The notes under the pieces were generated by a model that was not told the DNA's origin, did not search any database, and saw only the letters and a list, made by a program, of their open reading frames with translations. Of a stretch of 64,000 nt of DNA, positions 42,565 through 54,900 are shown piece by piece; within the stretch, counting starts at the first letter, position 1, and every line of letters starts with the position of its first letter. Position numbers and translations under genes: made by a program. Source of the DNA: a virus; the IMG/VR virus record IMGVR_UViG_3300021376_000037, positions 1 to 64,000 of that record. One strand, written 5' to 3'.

Positions 42565-45500
42565 ATGTTTAATGTAAATTCTAAAAAGTATCCTGTTTAT
42601 AAAGATTTTAATACTCATACTTTATCCAGTAATTCAGGCGATGTATTAAAACATTTTTTCGCTATTCAAGAATTGCCGCCTTCAACTCCTATTCCTGTTA
42701 ACTATGAGCTTTTGGACGATAATACTCCTATTATATTGTTAGAAGAAAAAATAGGCTATAAGGGTTTATGGAATAGGATAAAAGTAAAAGATGGCGATAA
42801 CTATAAAATTGGTTACGTTAAAAGCGTTTTAAAGCCAATTAGTGGGTCTTTACCTTTTCATCCTGTTAATTTAGCTATTGAAAATTTGCCAAATTATTCA
42901 GCTGCACAAATTGATTGGATTAATCAACCTCCCGGTGTCGTATACGACGATGTACATAACGCATGTTATGCTGTGCATTATGAATTAGAAGATGTAACAA
43001 GTGTAGAAGATAGAAACACTTTTAATAATAGTTTAAGAAGAGCTTATTTAGAGGGTTCAAAATTAATTTTAGAAGAAAAAGGATTCTCTTCTAATGAAAT
43101 AGATAATTTACTAAATAATTATTACATTTTTTCTAGAGCAGAAGAATGGTATATAAATCCTAGACCGTGCTCCACATTAAGAGTTTTAGTGGCTATTCCA
43201 AAAAAATATGTCAATTATTATTTGAATAGAAACGTTATTAATAAAATTTCTAATTTCAAACCAAAAAGTCCTACTAAAAAATACAAAACTAAAACATTTA
43301 ATAATTATTTTGAATATAAAGAATTTTTTGATAGTTTGACAACAACTCTTAAACATTATAATACGGGCTTAGTGGGAAGAACATGGGAATTAGACCCAGA
43401 TTACATGACCTTTAATCTAGCAGTAGAGGCTGAAAATGTAATGAAACTAGAAGAAAAAATAATTCTTTTTCTAAAGCAAAATATTCCTTCTGCCTTCGTA
43501 AATACTCAGCGTGATTTATTATTTACTTCTAAAGAAATATGGCTAGGAAGTTTAGAATTAGTTTTTGATGAACTATGCATTACAGAAATAAAATTTAAAA
43601 CATTCAACAATAATAAATTAAATAGTTTATATGAAATAGTTAAAAATAGATCATATGAAGATTTGAAAAATAACTATATAAATGATTTGCCTGATACAGA
43701 TGCAGTGTTCAATACTGGTGTTACGTCTTTTTTAAAAGACGCAGCTGTTTTAGATAAAACTAATGTCTATTATTTGCTTAATTTTAATCCTTCTGACGAT
43801 TCCGTAGCTATTATTGACAATTTATTAGATGTTAACTATGAAAAAAAGATAGAGACTTTTTTGGTGGAAAAGCATTATCCAAGCATTTTTAAATTTGAAT
43901 TTAAACCATTAAATTTAATTCAATGTTCTGTAGATAACGCTATGCGTTTAAATAATTTAGCTCAATATAAGTTACCTAGTGAAATAGAAAAATTTAAAAG
44001 AGTTCGCCAAAGAGCAGTTGATAATCAAATAAAAAATGAAGGTGATCCGTTCTCAAGCGCTTTTGTTGATTTAAACACGGTAGTTGATCCTAATATGAGA
44101 GTTTTATTAGGATTAGATTTACCGCGTGGTAAAACGGCTAAAGAAAAATTAATGAATTATATCATTGTAGCCAAGCGTATAGATTGGGGAAAATTTTTAG
44201 CTATCTCTTCAGCGTGCATGGCTAAATATCTATCTCCTGAAGAATATAGACAATTATTAGATAGTTATCAAAACGCTAAAAAATATCTTGATACTTTAGC
44301 AGCAAATAGTATTTGTAATCCATATTTAACTAATGCTTTAAAGACAATAAATATGGTTGGAATACCAGAATTTCCTGTAATAAGTCAAAATGCTTCTTTA
44401 GTTAAACAAATAGAAAATGCAATTATTCAGATGGTGATGGATTTATTACAGCAAACGATTAAATCTGCTTTAATTAATGCTGCAAAAGCGTGCTTATCTG
44501 ATCCAAACGCTGACTATACAGATAATAGTCCTCAATCGGCTGATGAAGTAGGTGATTTTTTAAATAATAATTCTAATAACAATGTTAACAATTTATTAAA
44601 TGATTTAGGTGATTCTTCTTTATCGCCTGATAAAGTAAAAAACGATTTAATAAGTCTAATTGATGATCTTTCATCTTGCTTGACTCCAAAAGAGATGTGC
44701 AAATTATTTAGTAACACTACCCTAAATGACGATGTTATGCAGATAATCATAACACTAGTCAAGAGAAAATATCCTGAATATTCAAATAAACTAAACGATA
44801 AAAAATCTATTTCTAACTTATTCCTTACTCTTGGAAATAATATAGATTTAACTATCTGTAGGGATTTAATAAATTCTGACACTCCTTCCTCTGCTGATTC
44901 TACAAGCGTAATTTGTGACGGAGAAAAAATAAATAACATAAGAGAGGCTTTATTAAAAGATAAAGGCTTGGATCAAGAATTAATAGATGATCTGCTTAAT
45001 CAAATAAAACAAAAAGAAAAGAAAAATTTAGAAGACGTTTTTAAATTGCTAAGTTCTGATAAACCTTTTGATATTTCTTTAGCTCCTAATGTTTTGTGCA
45101 ATATGTTACCTGATGAAGCGCTCGGAACTTTTGATCAAGACCAGAAAAACAGTATAGACTCTATTTTTAACTCGATGTATAGCATATTTGATGAAGAAGC
45201 GTTAGAGTGGCACAAGATAACTTATTCAACAAAAAAGCAAAATAAAACAATAATTGAATGGGACTCTAACAATCAAACATTCAAAATTCCGCCTCCAGAT
45301 TCTAATGCGTTCAAGCAACAAGGTGATGAAATAAAAAAACTTAATGATCCCGACAAAAGTAAGGATATTAATATTGCTTTACTCGATAGTTCTGTAAACG
45401 ATAAAAAAATACCTTTTTATTTATTTAAATATGGTTTACGTAATTCTTCTTATGAGGTTTATGATGATAAAAATAATTTCTATTTATACAATAAAATAGA

Positions 45501-48225
45501 TGGCGATCTGGAGCAGAGACTAAATTATGAGTTTAAATTTACTGGTGGCGATGATTTAAACAACTTAAGACAAAACGTATTAAATTTAAATTCTAACTCA
45601 ACAAACCAAACAGAAGGAATTATTCCTATTATTCATGAAACTTTTAAATATGTAGATGATTATTTGCGCGATAATAATATTACATTACAACAATTTTATG
45701 AAATTAAAGGAAATATTATCGATAAAGTATTATTACTATTTGATGGTTATATAAATGACAATACATATGATTTTTATGAAAATAGAAAAAAATATCCTAC
45801 ATTATATAAATATTTAAATATTTCTAGGTCTAATATTGCTAATTCTTTCTTTTTTAATTTTGAAGGTATATCTACACTTTCTGCTATAAGTGAATTATTG
45901 GATTCAAACGATACTTTGAAAGATTTTTTCTTTTTCTCTGTTGGTGGCAAGAGAACTTTATTTGTTAATTCTTTCTTTACAGCAGAAAAATACTATAATA
46001 CAATTTATTCCAATCTAGCCACTTATAACGTTTATGAAACACAATATTTAAATTCTTTACAAGAAAATTTAATTTTAAAGAAAAATAATAAAAATTTTAT
46101 TAATATAAAAAACACTGAACCTATAGATCAAAATATACAAAATTATATTTTTAATGATTTAAATCTGTCACTTAGCAATTTAAATAAACAGGATGTTTTT
46201 GTTAAGTTTATAAATAACAAAAAAAGTGTTTATCCTGTTTCCGGCGAACAAATAGATACTTCTTCTAGCCCCGACTTAAAACAGACATTTAAGTATTTTA
46301 ATGATTCAATTATTGAAAATTTATTGTCGGTAGAAAACAAATTTTGTTATTTAAAAGAACAATCTAAGTTAAATACTTCTTCTCCTGATTCTCAAACTAT
46401 CTTTTTGTCTGATGAAGGCTATGGTCGTCCTTATACTAAGTTATTAAAATTAGTAATTAATCAAACAATGGATGAAAAAAGCTGTGATATTAAGCCAAAT
46501 TATTTAGACATAGATCTAATCAAAAAAGACGCTTTAAGTAATAAAAATAATTGTTCTTTTTTTGAAGTGCCTAAGTACGAAGAGGTATCAAGCGCACCAG
46601 AAGCAGTTTTAAATTATAATTTTAATTATATTTTGAAGCCGGATGAAATATATGATATACCGCAAAATAGTAAGCAAAAAAATATATTAAATTCATTATA
46701 TACTTTATTTATTAGAACATATGTTCATGAGGCAATTTTAAAAGCTGCTTCGCTTTTTAGCTTTTATGATCCACAAAGTTTTAAAAATAATAATTTCTTT
46801 TATCAATTATTAACTGATTTGGTAGAAAACGAAATGCGTTTTAATGATAATAAAACTTTTGAATTAATGATGAATTTTTACGGTAAAAATAATACGCTAG
46901 AACAAAGAAGAGGAATTTTAAAACAAAAAATTGTTTTTGAATTAAATAATTATGTTTTACCAAAAATTACAAAAAGAGTCGATCAAGATACAAATAACGC
47001 AATCATGTCTGAGCCAAATGAAGTGCCAATATCTTTAGTTGACTTTGAAGAAAACATAAAAAATAATAAATGTATTGAATTAGATTCAAATTGTGTTTAT
47101 TTAATATATTATTCAAATAATATAAAAACAAAACAAAAAATTTATCAAACTTCGGACAGTAACGTATGGAATAGTTTTAAAAATTCAAATGAATATAAAT
47201 TATTATTTAACTTTTTAATTCCTCATAAGCATATATTAGCATATTTCTTTGCTCTTTCTTATGTCAGCATTAACGCCAATAAAAACAATACTAAACCTTT
47301 TATTAACACAAAAAGAGCACTTTCTAGAACAGTAAAAAATATAGTAACAAAAGGTTTTAGAATCGCGTCAGATCCACTAGACGCTCAAGATACTGTTCTT
47401 AGTGATGCTAATTTAGATTTAATTAAGTTTATTTTAAAAAGTATGATAACCACACCAATTAAAATTTTAAAAGGCGTGGCAGAAACTACAGAGCCAAATT
47501 TATCATTAGTATCAAAACTTTACTTAGGTGCTAAAACGCTTAATCCTGATTTATCTTCGGTTTTCATTCCTGCGGTTTCTATACCTTTGGGCTTACCTAC
47601 GCCCGTCAGTCCTCCAATACTTCCTTTTGTTAATCTACCTTTAGCTTTAGCGTATTTTGGAAGTTTAGCTTGGTTTTCTGATGATATAAGTTTTAATCTT
47701 GATTCCTCTAAAGAAGCCGCAAATAATGCATTAAATAAAAATGTAAATGGAATTAATTGTGAACAAAAAATTTTATCCAATAGAGATAGTACATATTTCA
47801 AATCGTATACTACAAAAAATAATTCAGTATATTCTAATTATAAAATAAATAATATTTTAAATGAAACTTTACTACAGTATGTAAACAGAAAATATACTTC
47901 TTTAGATAAAATGTTTAGCAAGGAAGCTTATTCAGCGGATAAAAAACCTCCTAACGCCATTTGGTCCGACTCTCCGTATAGTATTGAATTTAAGAAAATT
48001 GAATCCTTAATCGATGTTTATAGTAATACGGGTATAGGGCTTTTATGGCTAGATCTTGATATGCCTTATCCGGTAGACGGTCCAGAAGGATTCAAGAGTT
48101 TTGTAGAATTAGCTTTTAATAATTCTGGTGAAACTGATTTTAATAAATGGGTTCTTAAAGAAGACGTGTTTGGGTTATCCCCAGCAGTTAAAGTAGATTT
48201 CTCAATACTAGCCGCAAATAAATAA
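42565..48225 (+). CDS. large virion structural protein
   Basis: 1886-aa ORF within baseplate module. Confidence 0.75.
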   Translation: MFNVNSKKYPVYKDFNTHTLSSNSGDVLKHFFAIQELPPSTPIPVNYELLDDNTPIILLEEKIGYKGLWNRIKVKDGDNYKIGYVKSVLKPISGSLPFHPVNLAIENLPNYSAAQIDWINQPPGVVYDDVHNACYAVHYELEDVTSVEDRNTFNNSLRRAYLEGSKLILEEKGFSSNEIDNLLNNYYIFSRAEEWYINPRPCSTLRVLVAIPKKYVNYYLNRNVINKISNFKPKSPTKKYKTKTFNNYFEYKEFFDSLTTTLKHYNTGLVGRTWELDPDYMTFNLAVEAENVMKLEEKIILFLKQNIPSAFVNTQRDLLFTSKEIWLGSLELVFDELCITEIKFKTFNNNKLNSLYEIVKNRSYEDLKNNYINDLPDTDAVFNTGVTSFLKDAAVLDKTNVYYLLNFNPSDDSVAIIDNLLDVNYEKKIETFLVEKHYPSIFKFEFKPLNLIQCSVDNAMRLNNLAQYKLPSEIEKFKRVRQRAVDNQIKNEGDPFSSAFVDLNTVVDPNMRVLLGLDLPRGKTAKEKLMNYIIVAKRIDWGKFLAISSACMAKYLSPEEYRQLLDSYQNAKKYLDTLAANSICNPYLTNALKTINMVGIPEFPVISQNASLVKQIENAIIQMVMDLLQQTIKSALINAAKACLSDPNADYTDNSPQSADEVGDFLNNNSNNNVNNLLNDLGDSSLSPDKVKNDLISLIDDLSSCLTPKEMCKLFSNTTLNDDVMQIIITLVKRKYPEYSNKLNDKKSISNLFLTLGNNIDLTICRDLINSDTPSSADSTSVICDGEKINNIREALLKDKGLDQELIDDLLNQIKQKEKKNLEDVFKLLSSDKPFDISLAPNVLCNMLPDEALGTFDQDQKNSIDSIFNSMYSIFDEEALEWHKITYSTKKQNKTIIEWDSNNQTFKIPPPDSNAFKQQGDEIKKLNDPDKSKDINIALLDSSVNDKKIPFYLFKYGLRNSSYEVYDDKNNFYLYNKIDGDLEQRLNYEFKFTGGDDLNNLRQNVLNLNSNSTNQTEGIIPIIHETFKYVDDYLRDNNITLQQFYEIKGNIIDKVLLLFDGYINDNTYDFYENRKKYPTLYKYLNISRSNIANSFFFNFEGISTLSAISELLDSNDTLKDFFFFSVGGKRTLFVNSFFTAEKYYNTIYSNLATYNVYETQYLNSLQENLILKKNNKNFINIKNTEPIDQNIQNYIFNDLNLSLSNLNKQDVFVKFINNKKSVYPVSGEQIDTSSSPDLKQTFKYFNDSIIENLLSVENKFCYLKEQSKLNTSSPDSQTIFLSDEGYGRPYTKLLKLVINQTMDEKSCDIKPNYLDIDLIKKDALSNKNNCSFFEVPKYEEVSSAPEAVLNYNFNYILKPDEIYDIPQNSKQKNILNSLYTLFIRTYVHEAILKAASLFSFYDPQSFKNNNFFYQLLTDLVENEMRFNDNKTFELMMNFYGKNNTLEQRRGILKQKIVFELNNYVLPKITKRVDQDTNNAIMSEPNEVPISLVDFEENIKNNKCIELDSNCVYLIYYSNNIKTKQKIYQTSDSNVWNSFKNSNEYKLLFNFLIPHKHILAYFFALSYVSINANKNNTKPFINTKRALSRTVKNIVTKGFRIASDPLDAQDTVLSDANLDLIKFILKSMITTPIKILKGVAETTEPNLSLVSKLYLGAKTLNPDLSSVFIPAVSIPLGLPTPVSPPILPFVNLPLALAYFGSLAWFSDDISFNLDSSKEAANNALNKNVNGINCEQKILSNRDSTYFKSYTTKNNSVYSNYKINNILNETLLQYVNRKYTSLDKMFSKEAYSADKKPPNAIWSDSPYSIEFKKIESLIDVYSNTGIGLLWLDLDMPYPVDGPEGFKSFVELAFNNSGETDFNKWVLKEDVFGLSPAVKVDFSILAANK

Positions 48226-48251
48226 ATATTTAATAATAGGAAATAAAAAAT

Positions 48252-48626
48252 ATGCAAGGATATTCACCTAAACTTCCGTTACTAAAAGATTCTATAGACG
48301 GTTGCTATGGACTAAATAAAACAATTGTTGATACTATAAAACAAAACTTTAAAATGCTTATTCTTACTAATCCGGGTGAGAGGGTTATGATACCTGATTT
48401 TGGTGTTGGAATTAGAAGATTTCTGTTTGACCAAGATACCGATGCGGTTAGAGCTAGCATTACAACAAGAATTAGACAACAGGTAAGTCAATATATGAGT
48501 TTTTTAACTATAGACGATATAGCTATATCAAAACCAGAATCAAACGATGAAAATACGGTTTTTATACAAATAAAATATTCAATAACCAATTTAAATGTAA
48601 AAGATATACTAAATATTGAAGTATAA
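48252..48626 (+). CDS. baseplate wedge protein, gp25/GPW-like
   Basis: QNFKMLILTNPGERVMIPDFGVGIRRFLF. Confidence 0.9.
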   Translation: MQGYSPKLPLLKDSIDGCYGLNKTIVDTIKQNFKMLILTNPGERVMIPDFGVGIRRFLFDQDTDAVRASITTRIRQQVSQYMSFLTIDDIAISKPESNDENTVFIQIKYSITNLNVKDILNIEV

Positions 48627-48638
48627 CTTGTATAACAT

Positions 48639-48646
48639 GCTATTTA
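48639..48646 (+). promoter_or_regulatory. putative late promoter (CTATTTA motif)
   Basis: same motif upstream of several genes (9922, 12028, 23185, 24662, 24828, 25898). Confidence 0.5.
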
Positions 48647-48665
48647 TATACTGAGGAAAGCATAA

Positions 48666-50468
48666 ATGGCTAAAAAAATAATACCTATTAAATACACAAG
48701 TCGTGATTTTCAGAGCATAAAAGACGATTTAATAGAACATGCTAAGAGATATTATAAAGATTCTTATAAGGATTTTAACGAAGCGTCGTTCGGCTCTTTA
48801 ATGCTAGATTCTGTAGCATATATAGGCGATATGTTATCTTTCTATATTGATTATCAGGCAAATGAAAGCTTTCTTGATAATGCGGTAGAGTATGAAAATA
48901 TTATAAAAATAGGTAGACAATTAGGATATAAATTTACTAATTCTGTTTCTTCAACAGGGGTGGCTAGTTTTTATATTTCTCTTCCGGCTATAGCTGGTGG
49001 TTTAACACCTAATTTTGATTATGCGCCCGTATTAAAAAGAGGTAGTACTTTTAAAACAGTCAACGGAGTATCGTTTATATTAAACGAAGATGTAAGATTT
49101 GATAATCCAAACAATGAAATAAGGGTAAGTACAGTAGACGAAGACGGATCACCGACTTTTTATGCTGTAAAGGCGGTAGGAACTGTAGTTTCTGGCTTGA
49201 CAACATCAGAAACTGTATCTGTCGGCGCATATGAGAGATTTAAGAAAATTAATTTAAATCAGTTAGATATTGTTGAAATATTATCTGTTGTAGACTCAGA
49301 GGGTAATGAATATTTTGAAGTTGATTATTTATCTCAAAATGTTATTTATAAATCTTATACTAATAAAAATCCTACTGATGCCGTATTGGCAAAAGAAATA
49401 TTAAAACCATTTGTTGTTCCAAGAAGATTTGTGGTTGATAGAAACTTAAGAACTACCTCATTACAATTCGGTGCTTCAACTAATATAGAGCTAGATAATT
49501 CTAATAATATCAGTTTTGAGCCTACCAATGTAGTATTGGATATCTATGGAAAAGATTATATTTCCAGCGACTCTTTTGACCCTTCAAGACTATTAAATAA
49601 TGATAAATTTGGTATTTGTCCTTCAAATACCACTCTTACTGTCACATATAGATATAACGATTCTTCTAATGGCGTTAACTTTGCAGTTAACTCTTTAAAT
49701 TCTGTTTCAAATGCAAAGTTTGACTTTATGAATGAACAAGATTTAGACCCTGATTTAGTAGATGCTGTACAGGAAAGTTTAGAAATAAACAACGATGTTC
49801 CATTACTTGGTGATGTTACTGTAATAGATTCTGAGGAGTTAAAGAGAAGAATTGAAAATAGCTTTTCTGCTCAGAATAGAGCTGTAACGCAGCAAGATTA
49901 TAAATCTTTAGTATATGCTATGCCATCCAAATTTGGAGCTATTAAAAGAGTAAATATTATAAGAGATGATAATTCCTTAAAGAGAAATTTAAATCTTTAT
50001 ATCTTATGTGAAGACGCAGATGAAAAACTAACCATCGCTAATCAAAGCGTAAAATCAAACATAAAAACGTGGCTAAGTCGCAATAAAATGATTAATGATT
50101 CTATAGATATATTAGATGGAAAAATTATTAATTATGCTATTACGTTTGTAGCTTTAGGTACAAATGAAAAGGCAAAAAGCGATATTTTAATTGATGCCCT
50201 AAATCAACTCAAGTCTGATTTTTCGAGACTTCCTGATTTTGGAGAAACATTTAATATTATTGATATCTATTCTAGCTTGAAAAAAGTTCCATCTATTATT
50301 GATGTTGTTTCTGTTAAAGTGGAGCCAAGAGTTGGAAATAATTACTCTAATTCACAAATGGATTTTAAACAAAATACAACTGCTGATGGAAGGTTTATAA
50401 GTGTACCTCTCAATGTTGTAATGGAATTAAAATATCCGGATAGTGATATAAAAGGAACAATTTTATAA
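48666..50468 (+). CDS. baseplate wedge protein, T4 gp6/baseplate J-like
   Basis: YTSRDFQSIK, DFNEASFG, AYIGDMLSFYID, SAQNRAVTQQDY. Confidence 0.9.
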   Translation: MAKKIIPIKYTSRDFQSIKDDLIEHAKRYYKDSYKDFNEASFGSLMLDSVAYIGDMLSFYIDYQANESFLDNAVEYENIIKIGRQLGYKFTNSVSSTGVASFYISLPAIAGGLTPNFDYAPVLKRGSTFKTVNGVSFILNEDVRFDNPNNEIRVSTVDEDGSPTFYAVKAVGTVVSGLTTSETVSVGAYERFKKINLNQLDIVEILSVVDSEGNEYFEVDYLSQNVIYKSYTNKNPTDAVLAKEILKPFVVPRRFVVDRNLRTTSLQFGASTNIELDNSNNISFEPTNVVLDIYGKDYISSDSFDPSRLLNNDKFGICPSNTTLTVTYRYNDSSNGVNFAVNSLNSVSNAKFDFMNEQDLDPDLVDAVQESLEINNDVPLLGDVTVIDSEELKRRIENSFSAQNRAVTQQDYKSLVYAMPSKFGAIKRVNIIRDDNSLKRNLNLYILCEDADEKLTIANQSVKSNIKTWLSRNKMINDSIDILDGKIINYAITFVALGTNEKAKSDILIDALNQLKSDFSRLPDFGETFNIIDIYSSLKKVPSIIDVVSVKVEPRVGNNYSNSQMDFKQNTTADGRFISVPLNVVMELKYPDSDIKGTIL

Positions 50469-51898
50469 TGTCTATTAAAAAATTTATTGCTTCTAAAGAT
50501 ACTACTATTACCGATGCTTATAAAGAAGATTATAGGTCACGCGCTATAAATTCGAATATTGGGGCGGCAGATTCTTTAGAAGTTTTTTCAATTTATGGTC
50601 AAGTTACTACTTCTTCTTTGGAAAAAAGCAGAATTTTAGTTGAATTTCCAATATCGCAAATTTTATCCGATAGACAATCCGGTAAATTACCAGCTAGTGG
50701 TAGTGTAAATTATTTTTTAAAGTTAACAAACGTTGTACATCCTTTCAGTGTTCCTAGACAATTTAAAATGACCATAAATCCAATAACAAAGTATTGGGAA
50801 GAAGGTTATGGCTTAGACATGGAAGGCTATACCGATGACGGCTTTAAAGAAAATATAGGCGGTAACGGTGCAACATGGGTTATGGCTTCTAGTGGGACTT
50901 ATTGGGATACTCAAGGAGGCGACTATTTAACATCATCGCAGTATACTTTAACTAGTAGTTTTGAAACAGGGTTAGAAAATATAGAATTAGATATTACAGA
51001 AATAACTGAAAGATGGTTATCTAGCGTAATACCAAATTATGGTTTTATTATCAAACTTTCTTCATCTTATGAAGATGGTTCAACATTACAGAGTTTTTAT
51101 ACTAAAAAATTTTCTGCCAGAGGATCGCAGTTTTTTTATAGTAGACCTGCCATAGAAGCTAGATGGAATCCGGCTGTAACTGATGATAGAAATAGTTTTT
51201 ATGCCTCTAGCAGTTTGCTTTCTGCTGATGACAATAAAATGAATTTGTATTTTTACAATAAAGTAAATGGAGCATCTAAAAATATAGTTAATAATCCAAC
51301 AGCTACTGTTAAATTTTACTCCAATTCTTCTTTGTCTAATGAAATAATCCCTTCTTATTTATCAGTAACCAATCCTTTTCCCGGCGTATATAAAGCCCAA
51401 GTAGCTATAAACACTACGGCTAGTATTTTGTATGATAAATGGGTTGATGCATCTAATATTACTGATAAATTTTTCTCTTCCTCTTTTGACGTTCTACAAA
51501 GAGAAAACGATATTGTAAGTGATGTACCGCAATATATTATAAACATAACAAATATGAAATCTTCATATTTTCAAAATGAAAACACCAGATTTAATATTTT
51601 TGTTCGTGAGCGTGATTGGCAACCTAATATCTATACAGTAGCTTATAATAATATAGAAAATATTATAATTCCCAATTTATATTATAAAATTTTTAGATTT
51701 AACGATAATTATACTGTAATTGATTATTCAACTGGATCGTTAGCTTATACTAAAACTTCTTACGATTCAAATGGTAATTATTTTGACTTGGACATGAATA
51801 TTCTTGAAAAAGATTATGGTTATGCTATAAAATTAGCTACTTGGGATGGAGTTCAATTACAAGAATTCAAAGATATATTTAAATTTAGGGTAGAATAA
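50468..51898 (+). CDS. baseplate-associated protein (DNRLRE-like beta-sandwich)
   Basis: KDTTI...SRILVEF...WEEG...W...GGDY...DITEITERW...NYGFII. Confidence 0.7.
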   Translation: MSIKKFIASKDTTITDAYKEDYRSRAINSNIGAADSLEVFSIYGQVTTSSLEKSRILVEFPISQILSDRQSGKLPASGSVNYFLKLTNVVHPFSVPRQFKMTINPITKYWEEGYGLDMEGYTDDGFKENIGGNGATWVMASSGTYWDTQGGDYLTSSQYTLTSSFETGLENIELDITEITERWLSSVIPNYGFIIKLSSSYEDGSTLQSFYTKKFSARGSQFFYSRPAIEARWNPAVTDDRNSFYASSSLLSADDNKMNLYFYNKVNGASKNIVNNPTATVKFYSNSSLSNEIIPSYLSVTNPFPGVYKAQVAINTTASILYDKWVDASNITDKFFSSSFDVLQRENDIVSDVPQYIINITNMKSSYFQNENTRFNIFVRERDWQPNIYTVAYNNIENIIIPNLYYKIFRFNDNYTVIDYSTGSLAYTKTSYDSNGNYFDLDMNILEKDYGYAIKLATWDGVQLQEFKDIFKFRVE

Positions 51899-51900
51899 TA

Positions 51901-54900
51901 ATGTCTTTAAAAAATCTATTTGGTAAAACTTCTGAAAACATCATTAGTAATAAAGAATTACAAAAAATTTACGATGATTCAGAATCTCAACAATATGTTG
52001 AACAGGTTATAGAAGAAAAAAATAAATTCATTCCTGTTGTTGATTTTACGTCGGCTTCTAATTTTGCTAGATACGGTTCAGCAGAAAGATATTATGTTGA
52101 TGCATTAACCAACATATATCAAAACTATCCATATGATGGCTCTAAGAAAGAAAAATTAGAATGGAGAAATCGCAGTACTCCTTTTGATTTATATGTTTTT
52201 GACAATTTATATCCTAAAACAACTGGTTATGTAAATTTATCTGCTAATATAACACTAAGTTCACAAATAGTAGATTTAGTTTCTTATCGTTCTTCTTCTG
52301 CGCCGCAGTATATAACTGTTAAAGGTGGTCCAAATCCGGCTATAGATGGTAAATTTGAAAATTCTAATATATATGATTTAAAAACTAACAGGGAATGTAA
52401 TTTAGGTATTACTCAACAAGGTAATACAGTAGAATTTTGGTTTAAAGATGAATATTCTTCTACCGGTTCTTTAACTAATTCCAGATATGCCTTATTTGAC
52501 TTATGGAATGGTAAAGCGAAATCTGATAATTCTTATTCTAGACTTTTAATTGAAAATTTAAACGGTACTAGTTTTGGCGTTACATACATGTCTGGTTCTT
52601 CTGGAGCAGACCGCGTATCTATTGAACATTCTATAGATAAAAATAAGTGGCATCATTATGCCTTTACTTTTAAAAATAACAGTCAAAATAATAATAATTT
52701 AGACATAAGTTTATATGTAGATGGTGATTTGGTTAAAAAAATAACTACTACTGCAACAGGGAAAATTAATTTAGCTAATAATTCCGGCATGATAGCTAAT
52801 ATTGGCGCTTATAGAACTAATATAGATGCTAATAACAACGCATGGAATGGATTTGGTGTTTCTTATGGAAGCTATGATGAATTAAGATTTTGGAAAGTCG
52901 CTAGAAACTCTAAGCAAATTTTCAATAGCTGGCACCGTTCTTCCGGTGGCGGCACAAATAAAGATACAGCTAATACAAATCTAGGTATATATTTTAAATT
53001 TAATGAAGGCGTAATAGATGAAAATAACATTAATGATTTAGATAAGATATGCCTTGATTATTCTGGACGCTTATCTAATGGCGTTATAGTTAATTATACG
53101 GCTGGTTGTAAAAATACTAGTTCTGCTATAAATGAATATTTTTCTAAAATAATAGAAGAAAAAGAGCCAATTATATTTTCTTCTAATCCCTTAGTGCAAC
53201 AAGTGATTGATGAATATTCTATTTTAGGTTTTCAATACGATCAGACTAATCCAACATCTTTTTATAAATCTGTTCCTTCTTGGATAGTAGACGAAACGGA
53301 AAATAAAGATTATCAAGATTTAAATTATTTAATACAAATTATTTCAAGTTATTTTGATTCTTTGCATCTTTATATTGAAAAATTGCCAAGAATAAAAGAT
53401 GTAGAATATTTAAAATCTGTTGATAAACAAAAAACTTTTACTAAAAATTTATTGACTTCTCATGGATTTGAATTTAGCGATATCTTTTCTGACGCTTCAT
53501 TATATGAGGAATTATTTTCATCAACTGAAAAAGAAGATTTTTCAGATAAACTTTATAATGTAAAAAATGCTATATATCAAAATATATACAACAACTTAAC
53601 TTTTATTTATAAGTCCAAAGGAACTGAAAAGTCATTAAGAAATTTAATTCGTTGCTTTGGTGTAGATGATGAATTAGTTAAAATTAATTTGTATGCTGAT
53701 AATATAACATATGACTTAAAAGACAGATATGTACCAACAGCAATAAAGAAAAAATATATAAATTTTAATAACACAGATAAAATAACCGGTTTTATTTATC
53801 AAAAGCAAACACCGGGAAATCCTACCTCAAAAGGTTTTATTACCGGCTCTACGGATGAAAAGTTAAAATTTATACCATTAACTTTTGAAACAGAAGTTAT
53901 ATTTCCAAAAAGAAATGATGTCTATTCTATAGACTATTTCAGCGCTCAGTATACTGATGTTTCTCTTTTTGGCGTTCATACCGCTAAAGATGACGAAAAT
54001 GATTTATCTTGGGGCAGTGATAAATTTAATTTTTATGTTTACGCCACTAAGATAGCAAACGACAGTCCAGATGTATACTTTAGCTTGTCTGGATCCTTTA
54101 ACGGGCAGCAAATATACGTCACAAGTAGCGTATATAAAAATACTTATAATAACGAAAAATGGAATTTGTCTGTTAGATTATACCCAGATAAACTTAATAA
54201 TATAAATTTAACTTCCGGCTCTGATGAAATAACAAAATATTATTTAGATTTTGTTGGTTATAATGTTTTAGGTGATGACGTTAATAACAACTTTATTGTT
54301 AGTGCTAATATATTATCTGGTAATTACGAAGAGGCTATAAAGCAAAATAAAAGATTATATGTTGGTGCCCATTATGAAAATTTTGACGGTACAACTATAA
54401 AAGCTTATTCTGATGTAAAAATATCAAATTTAAGATTATGGTTTGATTATCTTAATAATGACGAGCTATTATCACATGCTTTAGAAGTTAATACACATGG
54501 TAGACAATACCCAAACTGGAATCCAAACTATTTAAACTCTATCGTTAATACTTTTACGTCAAGTTATATTATAAGCAGTCAAGATACTCTAGTTTTAGAT
54601 TGGACTTTTGAAGATGTAACCTCTTCTGATAATAATGGACAATTTTACGTTAAAGACTTTTCTTCTGGCAGTTTAGATGCAAATTATAATTACGGCTTAG
54701 GATGGTTAGCGGATTATTTAACTAATGAATATACAGCTTTTGGTGATAAATTCTTTCCCAATGATTTATCGACCGTAGAAAATCAGTACATTTACTCTCT
54801 AAAAAAGCAACAACCAGAAACTTTGAATAGTAATGACTTAATAGATATTTCTCCTATTGACGATTTTACTAGAACAAAACAATCAAAACCATATACATAT

